NCBI GenBank assembly: GCA_038145765.1 | Contig: JAYQQG010000001.1 | Coordinates: 2,081 to 66,080 of the forward strand | DNA: 64,000 nucleotides | Direction of reading: 5' to 3' | DNA from: Verrucomicrobiales bacterium | GTDB lineage: Bacteria; Verrucomicrobiota; Verrucomicrobiia; Limisphaerales; UBA1100 | Shown here: positions 32,530-40,853 of the stretch, piece after piece | Numbering within the stretch: the stretch's first letter is position 1 | Layout of the letters: every line of letters starts with the position of its first letter | Made by a program: the position numbers and the translations under genes | The notes under the pieces: model-generated | Told to the model about the DNA's origin: nothing | Seen by the model: the letters and a program-made list of their open reading frames with translations, nothing else | Databases searched by the model: none

Positions 32530-32873
32530 AACTCAGCGACCAGTTTCTTCGGAGCATTGAGCCGGAAACTCTCTTCAATCCACCGGCGCAGCAGAGCCTT
32601 GGGTGGAGATTTCTTGAGCGGCATCTCGACATCCACCCAGCCGGACGAGCCGATGCTGTAAAACTCCGGCTCGGCTTGCGCGCGCTGTTGCGCCTCGGGC
32701 AGATTGTCGGCGAGCTTGAGCTTCAGCTTGTACTCCGTGTCGTCGGCCCAAAGGAACAGGAAGTTTTTGTTGCGCGCCTTGTAGGCGTCCTTGTCGCACA
32801 CGGTACCGACACTCACCTCGGGGAAGGATTCAGCAATTTGGCGAATGCCAACAATGGTGCGGTGCTCGCTCAT
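32526..32873 (-). CDS. MmcQ/YjbR-family protein
   Basis: 115 aa with a YjbR-like pattern (IRQIAESFPEVS...AYKARNKNFLFLW...LKLKL...SGWVDVEM...LLRRWIEESFRL). The stop overlaps the start of the next gene. Confidence 0.5.
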   Translation of the reverse strand: MSEHRTIVGIRQIAESFPEVSVGTVCDKDAYKARNKNFLFLWADDTEYKLKLKLADNLPEAQQRAQAEPEFYSIGSSGWVDVEMPLKKSPPKALLRRWIEESFRLNAPKKLVAEL

Positions 32874-32906
32874 TTTAATTTAACCTTCGAGGCATTTGGC
32901 GTGCCT

Positions 32907-32983
32907 AGTGCTGCCGGCACCTCGCCGGCAGAACCGAAGACCAACGTCAACCAAAGGCCTGCCGGCGAGGCGCCGACAGCACG
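32907..32983. repeat. Double-hairpin palindromic (REP-like) element, copy A
   Basis: There are two hairpins, CTGCCGGCA-cct-CGCCGGCAG (32911-32931) and CTGCCGGCG-agg-CGCCGaCAG (32959-32979), about 27 nt apart. The whole element of about 77 nt aligns with the reverse complement of 34551-34627. Confidence 0.8.
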
Positions 32984-33000
32984 ATTGGGGCACGGTTCTC

Positions 33001-34518
33001 TCATTTGGCCGTTTTCACCTTTGGCATTTTGGCGTCCATCTCGCGGCGCCAATCGTGCAGCATTTTCAGCAACTTTTTGGTGATCTCCGGTTTGGCCTTG
33101 GACAAGTCGTTCTGTTCGCCCAGATCCTTTTCCAGATCGAACAACTGCACGCTGCCGTTTTCGAAATACTCGAGCAACTTGTATTGGCCCAAACGGATGG
33201 CGCCGCCGGGGCTTTGGTAGCCGTGATTGCTGTAGTGGGGAAAGTGCCAGTAGATCGCGCCACGCTCATGCGGCCGGCCCTTGAGCGCGGGCACAAAACT
33301 TTTGCCGTCCACATGTTGCTTGGGCAGCTTCGGGCGACCGATCATCTCGAGGAGCGTGGGATAAAAATCCGTGCCGGTCACCAACGCGTGTGAAAGGCTG
33401 TTGGCCTGGGTCTGCCCGGGCCAATGGACAATCAGCGGCACGCGAATGCCGCCCTCATAATTCCAGCCCTTGGCCCCGCGCAGCGGGAGGTTGGAGGAGG
33501 CAAACCGGCTGTCGAGGGTCTTCCGGGGATGATGGATGCCGCGATACTGGTTGGAGGCGGACATCCCGCCGTTGTCTGCGGTGAAGATGACGATGGTATT
33601 TTCAGCGAGGCCGAGCTCTTTGAGCTTGGCACGGATCCGACCGAGGCTTTCGTCGGTGGCCTCCAGCATGCCGGCAAATTCCACGTTGTCCTGCAACTGT
33701 TTCACCCACCACACGCGCTTATCCTGATGCAGTTGCAACCGGTCATCCTTTGCGAGCGCCTTGAGCTCGGCGGCGGTCAGCGACGGTCCGTCCGGATTGG
33801 GTTCCAGAATATATTCCGGCCCCTTGGGCTTCGGCATGGCGGCGAGTTTTTTGCGGTACTTCGCCACGAGATCTTTGCGACCCTGGATTGGATCGTGCAC
33901 AGCGAAGTGCTCGAGGTGTACAAAGAACGGCCGATCCTTGTTGCGCTCAATGAAATCCAGCGCGGCATCGGTGAGTTTGTCCGTGTAATAATCGCCCGGC
34001 TTGGCCGGCAATGTCCTGGTGTATTGTGGCGAGAAGGGATGAAAATAGGACCGCACCCAACCGGTGATCGCCTCGTCGAAGCCGTACTTTTTCGGGTCGG
34101 TACGCAGGTGCGCCTTGCCGTAATTGGCCGTGGCGTAGCCGTGTTTCTTGAGCGTTTCCGCCAGCGTGATTTCCTGATCCGGTAGAAACATCAGCTTCTT
34201 CGCGCTGTGCAGCTTTTCAAAATCCCGTTCCGGCCGGCCGCCGAGCCATTCGGTGAGGTCCGTGCGCGCCGGATATTTGCCGGTCAAGATACTCGCCCGG
34301 CTCGGCGAACACACATGACAGGTCGAGTAGGCATTATCAAACCGCATCCCGTCCTTGGCCAACTGATCAATGTGCGGCGTCTCATGAAACGTGCTGCCGT
34401 AACAACCCACATCACTCCAGCCGAGATCGTCGACAAGAAAAAAGATGATGTTGGGCGGCTTGGCGTGGAGGCCGAGCGCGAGGAAGAAGAAAGCAAAAGT
34501 GAAAATCGTTTGTTTCAT
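33001..34518 (-). CDS. Cys-type sulfatase
   Basis: 505 aa with a signal peptide and the motifs PPNIIFFLVDDLGWSD, VCSPSRASILTGKYPAR, FTADNGG and QLFDLEKDLGEQND. Confidence 0.9.
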   Translation of the reverse strand: MKQTIFTFAFFFLALGLHAKPPNIIFFLVDDLGWSDVGCYGSTFHETPHIDQLAKDGMRFDNAYSTCHVCSPSRASILTGKYPARTDLTEWLGGRPERDFEKLHSAKKLMFLPDQEITLAETLKKHGYATANYGKAHLRTDPKKYGFDEAITGWVRSYFHPFSPQYTRTLPAKPGDYYTDKLTDAALDFIERNKDRPFFVHLEHFAVHDPIQGRKDLVAKYRKKLAAMPKPKGPEYILEPNPDGPSLTAAELKALAKDDRLQLHQDKRVWWVKQLQDNVEFAGMLEATDESLGRIRAKLKELGLAENTIVIFTADNGGMSASNQYRGIHHPRKTLDSRFASSNLPLRGAKGWNYEGGIRVPLIVHWPGQTQANSLSHALVTGTDFYPTLLEMIGRPKLPKQHVDGKSFVPALKGRPHERGAIYWHFPHYSNHGYQSPGGAIRLGQYKLLEYFENGSVQLFDLEKDLGEQNDLSKAKPEITKKLLKMLHDWRREMDAKMPKVKTAK

Positions 34519-34550
34519 TTAAACAACTATTATTTTGGAGGACGCCCTTT

Positions 34551-34627
34551 GTGCTGCCGGCGCCCCGCCGGCAGGCCATTGATGGACGTCGGCTTTGGGT
34601 TCTGCCGGCGAGGCGCCGGCAGCACTT
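34551..34627. repeat. Double-hairpin palindromic (REP-like) element, copy B, inverted relative to copy A
   Basis: The hairpins are CTGCCGGCG-ccc-CGCCGGCAG (34554-34574) and CTGCCGGCG-agg-CGCCGGCAG (34602-34622). The reverse complement matches copy A over its whole length with scattered mismatches. Confidence 0.8.
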
Positions 34628-34632
34628 GAGCC

Positions 34633-35505
34633 TCAATCCAAATTCTGCAGCATCTGCTCCTTGGTCGGCGTCTTGGAAGGCACGCCGTCCTTGGGAATTT
34701 TTACTTTGGCCGTCCAAAGGATCGCGTTGAGCATCAGTTTGCGATTGTCGTCATTCTGCCAATTCATGTGCACGTGGCCGCCGGTGAAGCCAAAGCCGCG
34801 GCCGCCATCGGCGCGGTCGTAGGCCCATGCCACATGCTGCGTTTCGCCATTGGCCACGGCCTTGCGCACGGTGGGGTTGCCACTGCGGGCGCCATCACGC
34901 CGACGCAGTGTTGAGGCCGGCGGCACATCGGTGAGGATCGGCGTCACACCCTTGAGATCCTTCACAAAGCGCATGTGATAATACCATTCGTCATTCACGC
35001 TGAACGGTTTCACGCCATTCCAAATCTCGTGTTTCTGCGCCTTAAACTTCGGCACCCAGTGCGGATTCACGCTCCAGAACAAATCACAAAATCCGCCCAT
35101 CCACTCGAGAAACTTGTTCCCCGGCTCGCCCTTCACCGCCTCGGTCGCCCAATGAATCATCACCACTCCCTTGCCCTTTTTCATCAGCGCATCAAATTCC
35201 TTGAGCTTCGGGTTCAGCACATGGCCGCCGTGCCCCGTGCAAAAAATCACAATCGTGGACGCATCATCCAGCACCGACGCATCCTTCGGATACCCCACAT
35301 CCTTCACCACCACCGCCTCCACCGGCAGCCCGGACTCATTCAGCGCCTTGGCCAGCAGCATATTCCCCGCCCGATGCTCATGCGACAACCGCCCATGGCT
35401 CGGCTTGCCGGAGATAAACACCACCTTGGCCTTGTCAGCCGCTTCAATCGCTGCGCCGGTCAGCAGGCCGGTCAGCACACAGAGGTTCAGAATCAGTTTT
35501 TTCAT
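34633..35505 (-). CDS. ThuA-like (trehalose-utilisation family) domain protein, secreted
   Basis: ORF 34633-35655. The start is likely MKKLIL at 35505, 3 nt after the upstream sulfatase stop. It has a signal peptide and the motifs VVFISGKPSHG..HEH, VIFCTGHGGH, VMIHWAT and FGFTGGHVHMNW. Confidence 0.7.
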   Translation of the reverse strand: MKKLILNLCVLTGLLTGAAIEAADKAKVVFISGKPSHGRLSHEHRAGNMLLAKALNESGLPVEAVVVKDVGYPKDASVLDDASTIVIFCTGHGGHVLNPKLKEFDALMKKGKGVVMIHWATEAVKGEPGNKFLEWMGGFCDLFWSVNPHWVPKFKAQKHEIWNGVKPFSVNDEWYYHMRFVKDLKGVTPILTDVPPASTLRRRDGARSGNPTVRKAVANGETQHVAWAYDRADGGRGFGFTGGHVHMNWQNDDNRKLMLNAILWTAKVKIPKDGVPSKTPTKEQMLQNLD

Positions 35506-35507
35506 AA

Positions 35508-37196
35508 TTAATCCACCTTCCACGGCCACGGTTTCACACGGGCGCGCACAGCCCATTTTTCCCATTTCTCGGCGAGGACCTTCACCTTGTCCGGATGTTT
35601 CTTGGCGAGATCGTTTTGTTCGCTGCGATCGATCTCCATGTCGTAGAGCTGCCACGGGTGTAGCTTGGCAATGCGGCCGGAATCACTGTAGCGCACGAGC
35701 TTCCATTTGCCGTCGCGCACGGCGCCGTTGAGGTGATGATCGAAATACAGAGCATCCTTCCGCACCAGTTCGCTGCCGCGGAAAGCCGGCAACAGGCTCA
35801 CGCCTTCCACCGGCTGAATGTCGTGCTCGCCAAACTTGCGCGGATGCTTAACACCCGCCGCATCCAGGCAGGTGGACATCAGATCGATGAGATGCCCGGG
35901 CTGGTGCTCGATCCGGCCGTTGTTCTTTGCGTCGATGCCCTTGGGCCACGACACAATGAACGGTGAGGAAATGCCGCCCTCATGCGCGAAGTGTTTGTAT
36001 TCGCGAAAAGGCGTGTTCGACACATTCGCCCAGCCACGACCCACGCCGGTAAAGGTATCCTCCGGCCCGGCCATCGCGTCGGGGCCGTTTTTCACCGGCC
36101 GCCCATCGCGCGTCTGCATCGGCGGCCAAATCTTCGTTTGGAAACCGTCCTTGCCCAGCGGCTTGTAATCCGTGCGGTATGGCTTTTGGCTGTACCGACC
36201 GAAGCCCTCGGCACAGGCGCCGTTATCCTGCAGGTACATGATCAGGGTGTTGTCCAGCGTGCCTTGCCGCTCAAACTCCGCCACGATCCGGCCGATGCCG
36301 CGGTCCATGTTGTCAACCATTGCCGCGTACACTTCCATGTTGCGGATATCCCATTCCTTATGCGGCGCCTTCTCCCAATCATCCGACTGCCGCGAGAGCT
36401 TGAGGTCTTTGCGGATCAACCCCAGCTCCTTCAATCGCGCGAACCGCTTGGCGCGAATCTCCTGAAAACCGCCATCGTACACGCCCTTGTACCGCGCGAT
36501 ATCCTCCGGCAACGCATGCATCGGCCAATGCGCCGTGGTGTAGGACACATAGAGAAACACCGGTTTGTCCGGCGTCTCTTTCGCGTGCTCCTTCAGAAAC
36601 GTCACCGCGTTATCACTAATCGCGTCGGTGTAATAATACGTCTTCGGCTGATACACCGTATCGTTCTCCGGTGTGATGAACTGGTTACCGCGGCATAACG
36701 TCGCCGGATCAAAAAAACTGCCCGCACCAATGATCGTGCCATAAAATTTCTCGAAGCCCCGCTGCAACGGCCAGTTATCCTTCGGCCCCTGCGGCCGCGT
36801 GTGCTTGGTCACGTGCCATTTGCCGCTCATGTAGCGCCGATAACCGCCGGTGCCCAGCGCCTCGGCAATCGTCACCACATCGCGCCCCAATTCGCCGCGA
36901 TACCCCGGCAGCTTGTTGTCGCCGGTCATCAAACCGATCCCCGCCTGATGCTGATACATCCCCGTCAGCAACGACGCCCGCGTCGGGCAGCAGCGTGAGG
37001 TGTTGTAAAACTGCGTGAACCGAAGCCCCTTCGCTGCCAGCTTATCCAGCACCGGCGTCTTGATCTCACTGCCGTAACAACCGATATCCGAAAACCCCAT
37101 GTCATCGGCCATGATGATCACGATGTTGGGCTGCTTGGCTGCATGAGAAAAGATCGCCAAGCAAAGCGATGCCGCGAAAATAAAAAGGTCTCGCAT
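35508..37196 (-). CDS. Cys-type sulfatase (arylsulfatase)
   Basis: ORF 35508-37274. The start is likely MRDLFIF at 37196. Motifs: PNIVIIMADDMGFSD, RCCPTRASLLTGMYQHQ, GKWHV, LQDNGA, QLYDMEIDRSEQND. Confidence 0.9.
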   Translation of the reverse strand: MRDLFIFAASLCLAIFSHAAKQPNIVIIMADDMGFSDIGCYGSEIKTPVLDKLAAKGLRFTQFYNTSRCCPTRASLLTGMYQHQAGIGLMTGDNKLPGYRGELGRDVVTIAEALGTGGYRRYMSGKWHVTKHTRPQGPKDNWPLQRGFEKFYGTIIGAGSFFDPATLCRGNQFITPENDTVYQPKTYYYTDAISDNAVTFLKEHAKETPDKPVFLYVSYTTAHWPMHALPEDIARYKGVYDGGFQEIRAKRFARLKELGLIRKDLKLSRQSDDWEKAPHKEWDIRNMEVYAAMVDNMDRGIGRIVAEFERQGTLDNTLIMYLQDNGACAEGFGRYSQKPYRTDYKPLGKDGFQTKIWPPMQTRDGRPVKNGPDAMAGPEDTFTGVGRGWANVSNTPFREYKHFAHEGGISSPFIVSWPKGIDAKNNGRIEHQPGHLIDLMSTCLDAAGVKHPRKFGEHDIQPVEGVSLLPAFRGSELVRKDALYFDHHLNGAVRDGKWKLVRYSDSGRIAKLHPWQLYDMEIDRSEQNDLAKKHPDKVKVLAEKWEKWAVRARVKPWPWKVD

Positions 37197-37248
37197 GCGC
37201 AAAGTCTCCCGCCGAAGGTGGAATTGGTCAAGGCCGAGCCCCGCTGGA

Positions 37249-38160
37249 TTATAGTAAATCCTGCAACCGGCCAAACAGTCGGTTCACTTCGGCGCGGGTT
37301 TCGGAGTCCATTTCCCAGTTGTACGGGCGGCGCCGGTGTTCGGTAGTGAACAGGCCGCGTTTCTTGAGAAGATGTTTTTCGACGACCAAAAACCCATCGA
37401 GCCCCGCCTGCATTTGCAGGGCAGTCAGGGCGCAGATCGGGAAATGCACCTCGTAAGCCCGAGCCTCTTCGCCGGCTTGTAGGGCGCGCCAGATTTCCAC
37501 GATGCCGTCGAGCAGATCCATGCCGGGCATGGTGCCCGTGATGCCGCGGCGAAAGCTGTCGATGAGCACGATACCGCCGCTGCCCTCAAAGATGCACGCC
37601 TCGCCGCCGGTGGCATCGCGCAACGCCGAAAGATTCGGCCCCAACGGCGCCGCCTCGGGCTTGAAGAGAATTTTGTCGGGCCCAAATCGCTCAAGCAATT
37701 TCACATGCACCTCCAGCGGAATGGCTTGCCCCACGTAAGCGGAGGCGTCCTGCACGATGACCGGAAGGTCGGAGGCCTCGGCGAGCGCGGTGAAATAATC
37801 GAGCACACTCTCGGCGGACAAACTCGTGAGTGTGGGCGGGATGGCCATCAGCGCGTGGTTGCCGGCGGCGGCGGCTTCCTTGGCCCATGCCACCGCCTGA
37901 CCGGTGCTTTCGGCGCCGCAACTGGAAAAGACCGGTCCGCGGTCCTCAACGATCTCCGGAATGAGATGTGCCAATTGCGTCCGTTCGGCCGTGGTGAGCC
38001 GAAGAATTTCACTGACCATCCCCGTGCCGCAACCATTGGCGCCGGTGTCGAACGCCCAATCCAGCTGCCGCCGCAGACTCGTCTTGTCGATGGCGTCCGC
38101 ATCCGTGAACGGCGTGTGCACGATGGGCAACACGCCCGCGAGTGTTTTGGATTCGCTCAT
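37249..38160 (-). CDS. Dihydrodipicolinate synthase / N-acetylneuraminate lyase family class I aldolase
   Basis: About 303 aa starting [24 protein letters not shown]-family pattern is present, including the candidate Schiff-base lysine context ILFKPEA. ATG 38158-38160 overlaps the upstream TAA (TAATG). Confidence 0.75.
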   Translation of the reverse strand: MSESKTLAGVLPIVHTPFTDADAIDKTSLRRQLDWAFDTGANGCGTGMVSEILRLTTAERTQLAHLIPEIVEDRGPVFSSCGAESTGQAVAWAKEAAAAGNHALMAIPPTLTSLSAESVLDYFTALAEASDLPVIVQDASAYVGQAIPLEVHVKLLERFGPDKILFKPEAAPLGPNLSALRDATGGEACIFEGSGGIVLIDSFRRGITGTMPGMDLLDGIVEIWRALQAGEEARAYEVHFPICALTALQMQAGLDGFLVVEKHLLKKRGLFTTEHRRRPYNWEMDSETRAEVNRLFGRLQDLL

Positions 38161-39338
38161 TACCAATCGCCCACGCTGCCGTCGCGATGAAACACCCGCT
38201 GTGGCAATTCCGGCTGGAACGGGTGCTTCTTCATTTCAGCCTCGTTCAATTCAATGCCGAGGCCGGGCTTTACGTTCGGGCGCACGAGGCGGCCCTTTTT
38301 CTCCACGGTAAACCCTTCGGTCACGATGTCATCGCGCCACGGCACATCGCCATGGACGGTTTCGCAAATGATATAGCTTGGCTGGCTGAAGCCGAACTCC
38401 AGAGACGCCGCGGTGCTCACCGGCCCTTGCGGATTGTGCGGCGCGAGCGAGATGCGGTGCGCTTCGCAGAGCGCAGCCACGCGCCGCGCCTCGCTGAAGC
38501 CGCCCGCGTGCGTGAGGTCCACTTGACACACCTCGCAAGCGCGCGCGTTGAAGAGATCGCGGAAATCAGCCAGCCGCGTGACGCGTTCGCCGGTGGCCAC
38601 GGGCGTAGTGAGGGCGGCATTGATCGCGGCCATGCCATCGATGCTCTCGGGCCAGCAGGGTTCCTCAAAGAAAAATAAACCGTACGGCTCCAAAGCCTTG
38701 CCGAATTGCAGACCCATCGCCGGCGACGGACGCGCGTGGCAATCGACCATAATGTCGATGTCCGGCCCGACCGCCTCGCGCATTGCCGCCACACAAGTCT
38801 CGGCGGCGCGGATGGGTTGCTGCCCCTCAAGCGGTTGCGTGGATGGCACCGCCATGCTCTTAAATGCTGTGAACCCCTCGGCCACCGTGGCCGCGGCGAG
38901 GTCTGCAAACTGTTTGGCGTTGTCCACCGGTGTTTCGTAAAACGTCTCCATATCGCCGCCGCCGAGATGGCTGTAGGTGCGGATCGTGTCACGCACCGGC
39001 CCACCCCACAGCCGATGACAGGGCACGCCGTGCGTTTTACCGGCAATATCCCACAAGGCAATGTCGATGGCGGAGATGGCGGTGGACGTAACAATGTCGT
39101 CGCCATGCCAAAAATGTTGGCGATGCATCATCTGCCACAGGTGCTCGATGCGCCCGGGATCCGCGCCGATAAGCAGCTCGCTCACATCCTCCACCGCGCC
39201 CGCCACCGCTCGGGTGCGCCATTCGAGCGTGCCCTCGCCCCAACCCCAAAGGCCCGGCTCATCGGTGAGCACCTTGACAAAAAGCCAGTTGCGCATGCGC
39301 GCATTACAGATGTGGGTTTCGATGGCAGTGATTTTCAT
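38160..39338 (-). CDS. dgoD: Enolase-superfamily dehydratase, D-galactonate dehydratase (DgoD)-like
   Basis: The start is MKITAIETH at 39338. The N-terminus closely parallels E. coli DgoD as I recall it (MKIT..., [65 protein letters not shown]). The actual substrate is not determinable from sequence alone. Confidence 0.7.
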   Translation of the reverse strand: MKITAIETHICNARMRNWLFVKVLTDEPGLWGWGEGTLEWRTRAVAGAVEDVSELLIGADPGRIEHLWQMMHRQHFWHGDDIVTSTAISAIDIALWDIAGKTHGVPCHRLWGGPVRDTIRTYSHLGGGDMETFYETPVDNAKQFADLAAATVAEGFTAFKSMAVPSTQPLEGQQPIRAAETCVAAMREAVGPDIDIMVDCHARPSPAMGLQFGKALEPYGLFFFEEPCWPESIDGMAAINAALTTPVATGERVTRLADFRDLFNARACEVCQVDLTHAGGFSEARRVAALCEAHRISLAPHNPQGPVSTAASLEFGFSQPSYIICETVHGDVPWRDDIVTEGFTVEKKGRLVRPNVKPGLGIELNEAEMKKHPFQPELPQRVFHRDGSVGDW

Positions 39339-39353
39339 TTTAATTTTCCAACG

Positions 39354-39461
39354 CCCAATCCCCAATGACCAAGGAATGACCAATCTTCAATGACCAAAAA
39401 CATTTCCCTTTAGAGAAATTGGATTTTACTTGGAGCGTGGTCATTGGTCCTTGGTCATTCC
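39354..39461. repeat. AATGACCAA-type palindromic intergenic element, copy 1
   Basis: The left arm ccaatccccaatgaccaaggaatgaccaatcttcaatgaccaaaaa (39354-39400) carries three AATGACCAA units. The right arm tggtcattggtccttggtcattcc (39438-39461) is its approximate reverse complement. A 20-mer cccaatgaccaaggaatgac (39361-39380) is identical to 61351-61370. Confidence 0.8.
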
Positions 39462-40853
39462 ATCAATAATTTTGGCAGTTTCTTCAATCACCCTCTCCAA
39501 CCCTCCCTCCGCCACCACCGCGATGCTCTCCTGATAAATTCCTTTTCCGTACAATTCACGCGGCGGCAGGTAGCTCGCACCCCAATGACTGGCGATGGTG
39601 GCCACGATGATCGGCGTGTCGGGAAATCGCTCGCGCAAAGCCGTCTGTAACACGCTGTAAAATTCGCCCTGCAAAATAACCCACACCGCGCCGCCGATTT
39701 TCAAAACGACCGATTCAATGGGAAACGCATCACCCGGCGGCAGTTGTTTCAGCCGATGCAACATCCGCCGTTTGCGCTCGGCCATGGCACGGGCATCCGG
39801 GCTGTCCTTGGCTTCCCATTCAGCCAGCTCGGCCTGCACCTGATCCACCGTCGGTGTGCCGGGGCGGATGGGCAGCGGAATTTCGCGGCGATCCAATTGC
39901 CAATCAGCATTGGCCTGCGACGCTTCTCCGGGCAGTGGCTCATGACGCCAATCGCCCAGCGTGGCCCCGGACACCACCGGCCCACGATAGACAAAACGCG
40001 TTTCCGGTGCGGGCAAAGATTCCAATGCGCTGAGCGCCGCGTGGCCTAGTTGCCGGCCATTGCGATCGGCCACCGCCACATCGCCGACAAAACCCTCCAC
40101 CGGCCCCAGCTCGCCGCTGGCGCCCTGCAGGAACAAGCACGGTGCGCCCGTGGCATTCTCAATCGTCTCTCGCATCGCGCCGGGATAATCCGGACTGATC
40201 AACGTGTTTTCCCAAGCCAACGTGGTGGGGTGACAGGCGTAATTGACCAACGTAGCCAGCAAGGCGCCGTCGGTATCTTGGACACGCGCAACGAGCACCG
40301 TGTCATCGGCCGGGGTATTCGGATGAAAACCACAGATCCACGTCTCGTTTTCCGGATCCCAAAAATCTCGATGCGCCGCCAGATCGCAACGGCCGGTGCC
40401 GTAGATCATGGTGGCCGGCTGCATCTGTTCGCGCGCCTCAATCGTCAATCGGGTGACCGTTTGGCCCAGCTGCTCCAGATACGGCGCGATGTGTTCGCCG
40501 CCGGGCAGATCGCTGCGCTCCAGCCCCATCAAGCCCGCAGCATGCGTGTGGGAAAAGACGACGAACAATTCCTCACGTGGAATTTCCACCCCGACACAAA
40601 CCGCATCGAGCAAATCATCCATCTCACGCCGGCCCATCACGCAATGATCGAGCGCGATGATGAATTGCCGTTCATTCCCCTCCAACGGTGCCAGCACAGT
40701 GACTGTTGCCCGCAGTGGACGATGCACTCCCGTGGCGTGATCCTGCGTGGCCGCACCCCACATGCGATAGTAAATCTCCACCGGTGGCGTGATGTCGCCA
40801 TGGGCCATGCCAAACTGGCAGCGGCTTTGCGGAGTATTAACGTGCGTTTGCAT
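39441..40853 (-). CDS. Neutral/alkaline ceramidase N-terminal-domain-like hydrolase (function unknown)
   Basis: ORF 39441-41006. The start is likely MQTHVN at 40853, overlapping the MFS gene end. Motifs DITPP, FVVFSHTHAAG and LVNYACHPTTL are reminiscent of the ceramidase-like family. The last codons (GMTKDQ-stop) are encoded by the repeat arm. Confidence 0.5.
   Translation of the reverse strand: MQTHVNTPQSRCQFGMAHGDITPPVEIYYRMWGAATQDHATGVHRPLRATVTVLAPLEGNERQFIIALDHCVMGRREMDDLLDAVCVGVEIPREELFVVFSHTHAAGLMGLERSDLPGGEHIAPYLEQLGQTVTRLTIEAREQMQPATMIYGTGRCDLAAHRDFWDPENETWICGFHPNTPADDTVLVARVQDTDGALLATLVNYACHPTTLAWENTLISPDYPGAMRETIENATGAPCLFLQGASGELGPVEGFVGDVAVADRNGRQLGHAALSALESLPAPETRFVYRGPVVSGATLGDWRHEPLPGEASQANADWQLDRREIPLPIRPGTPTVDQVQAELAEWEAKDSPDARAMAERKRRMLHRLKQLPPGDAFPIESVVLKIGGAVWVILQGEFYSVLQTALRERFPDTPIIVATIASHWGASYLPPRELYGKGIYQESIAVVAEGGLERVIEETAKIIDGMTKDQ

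Noticed and set aside
32907-34627. Composite transposon or insertion sequence carrying the sulfatase.
   Set aside because: There is no transposase, integrase or recombinase ORF between or near the inverted elements, and I could not identify target-site duplications. I describe them as REP/MITE-like repeats only.
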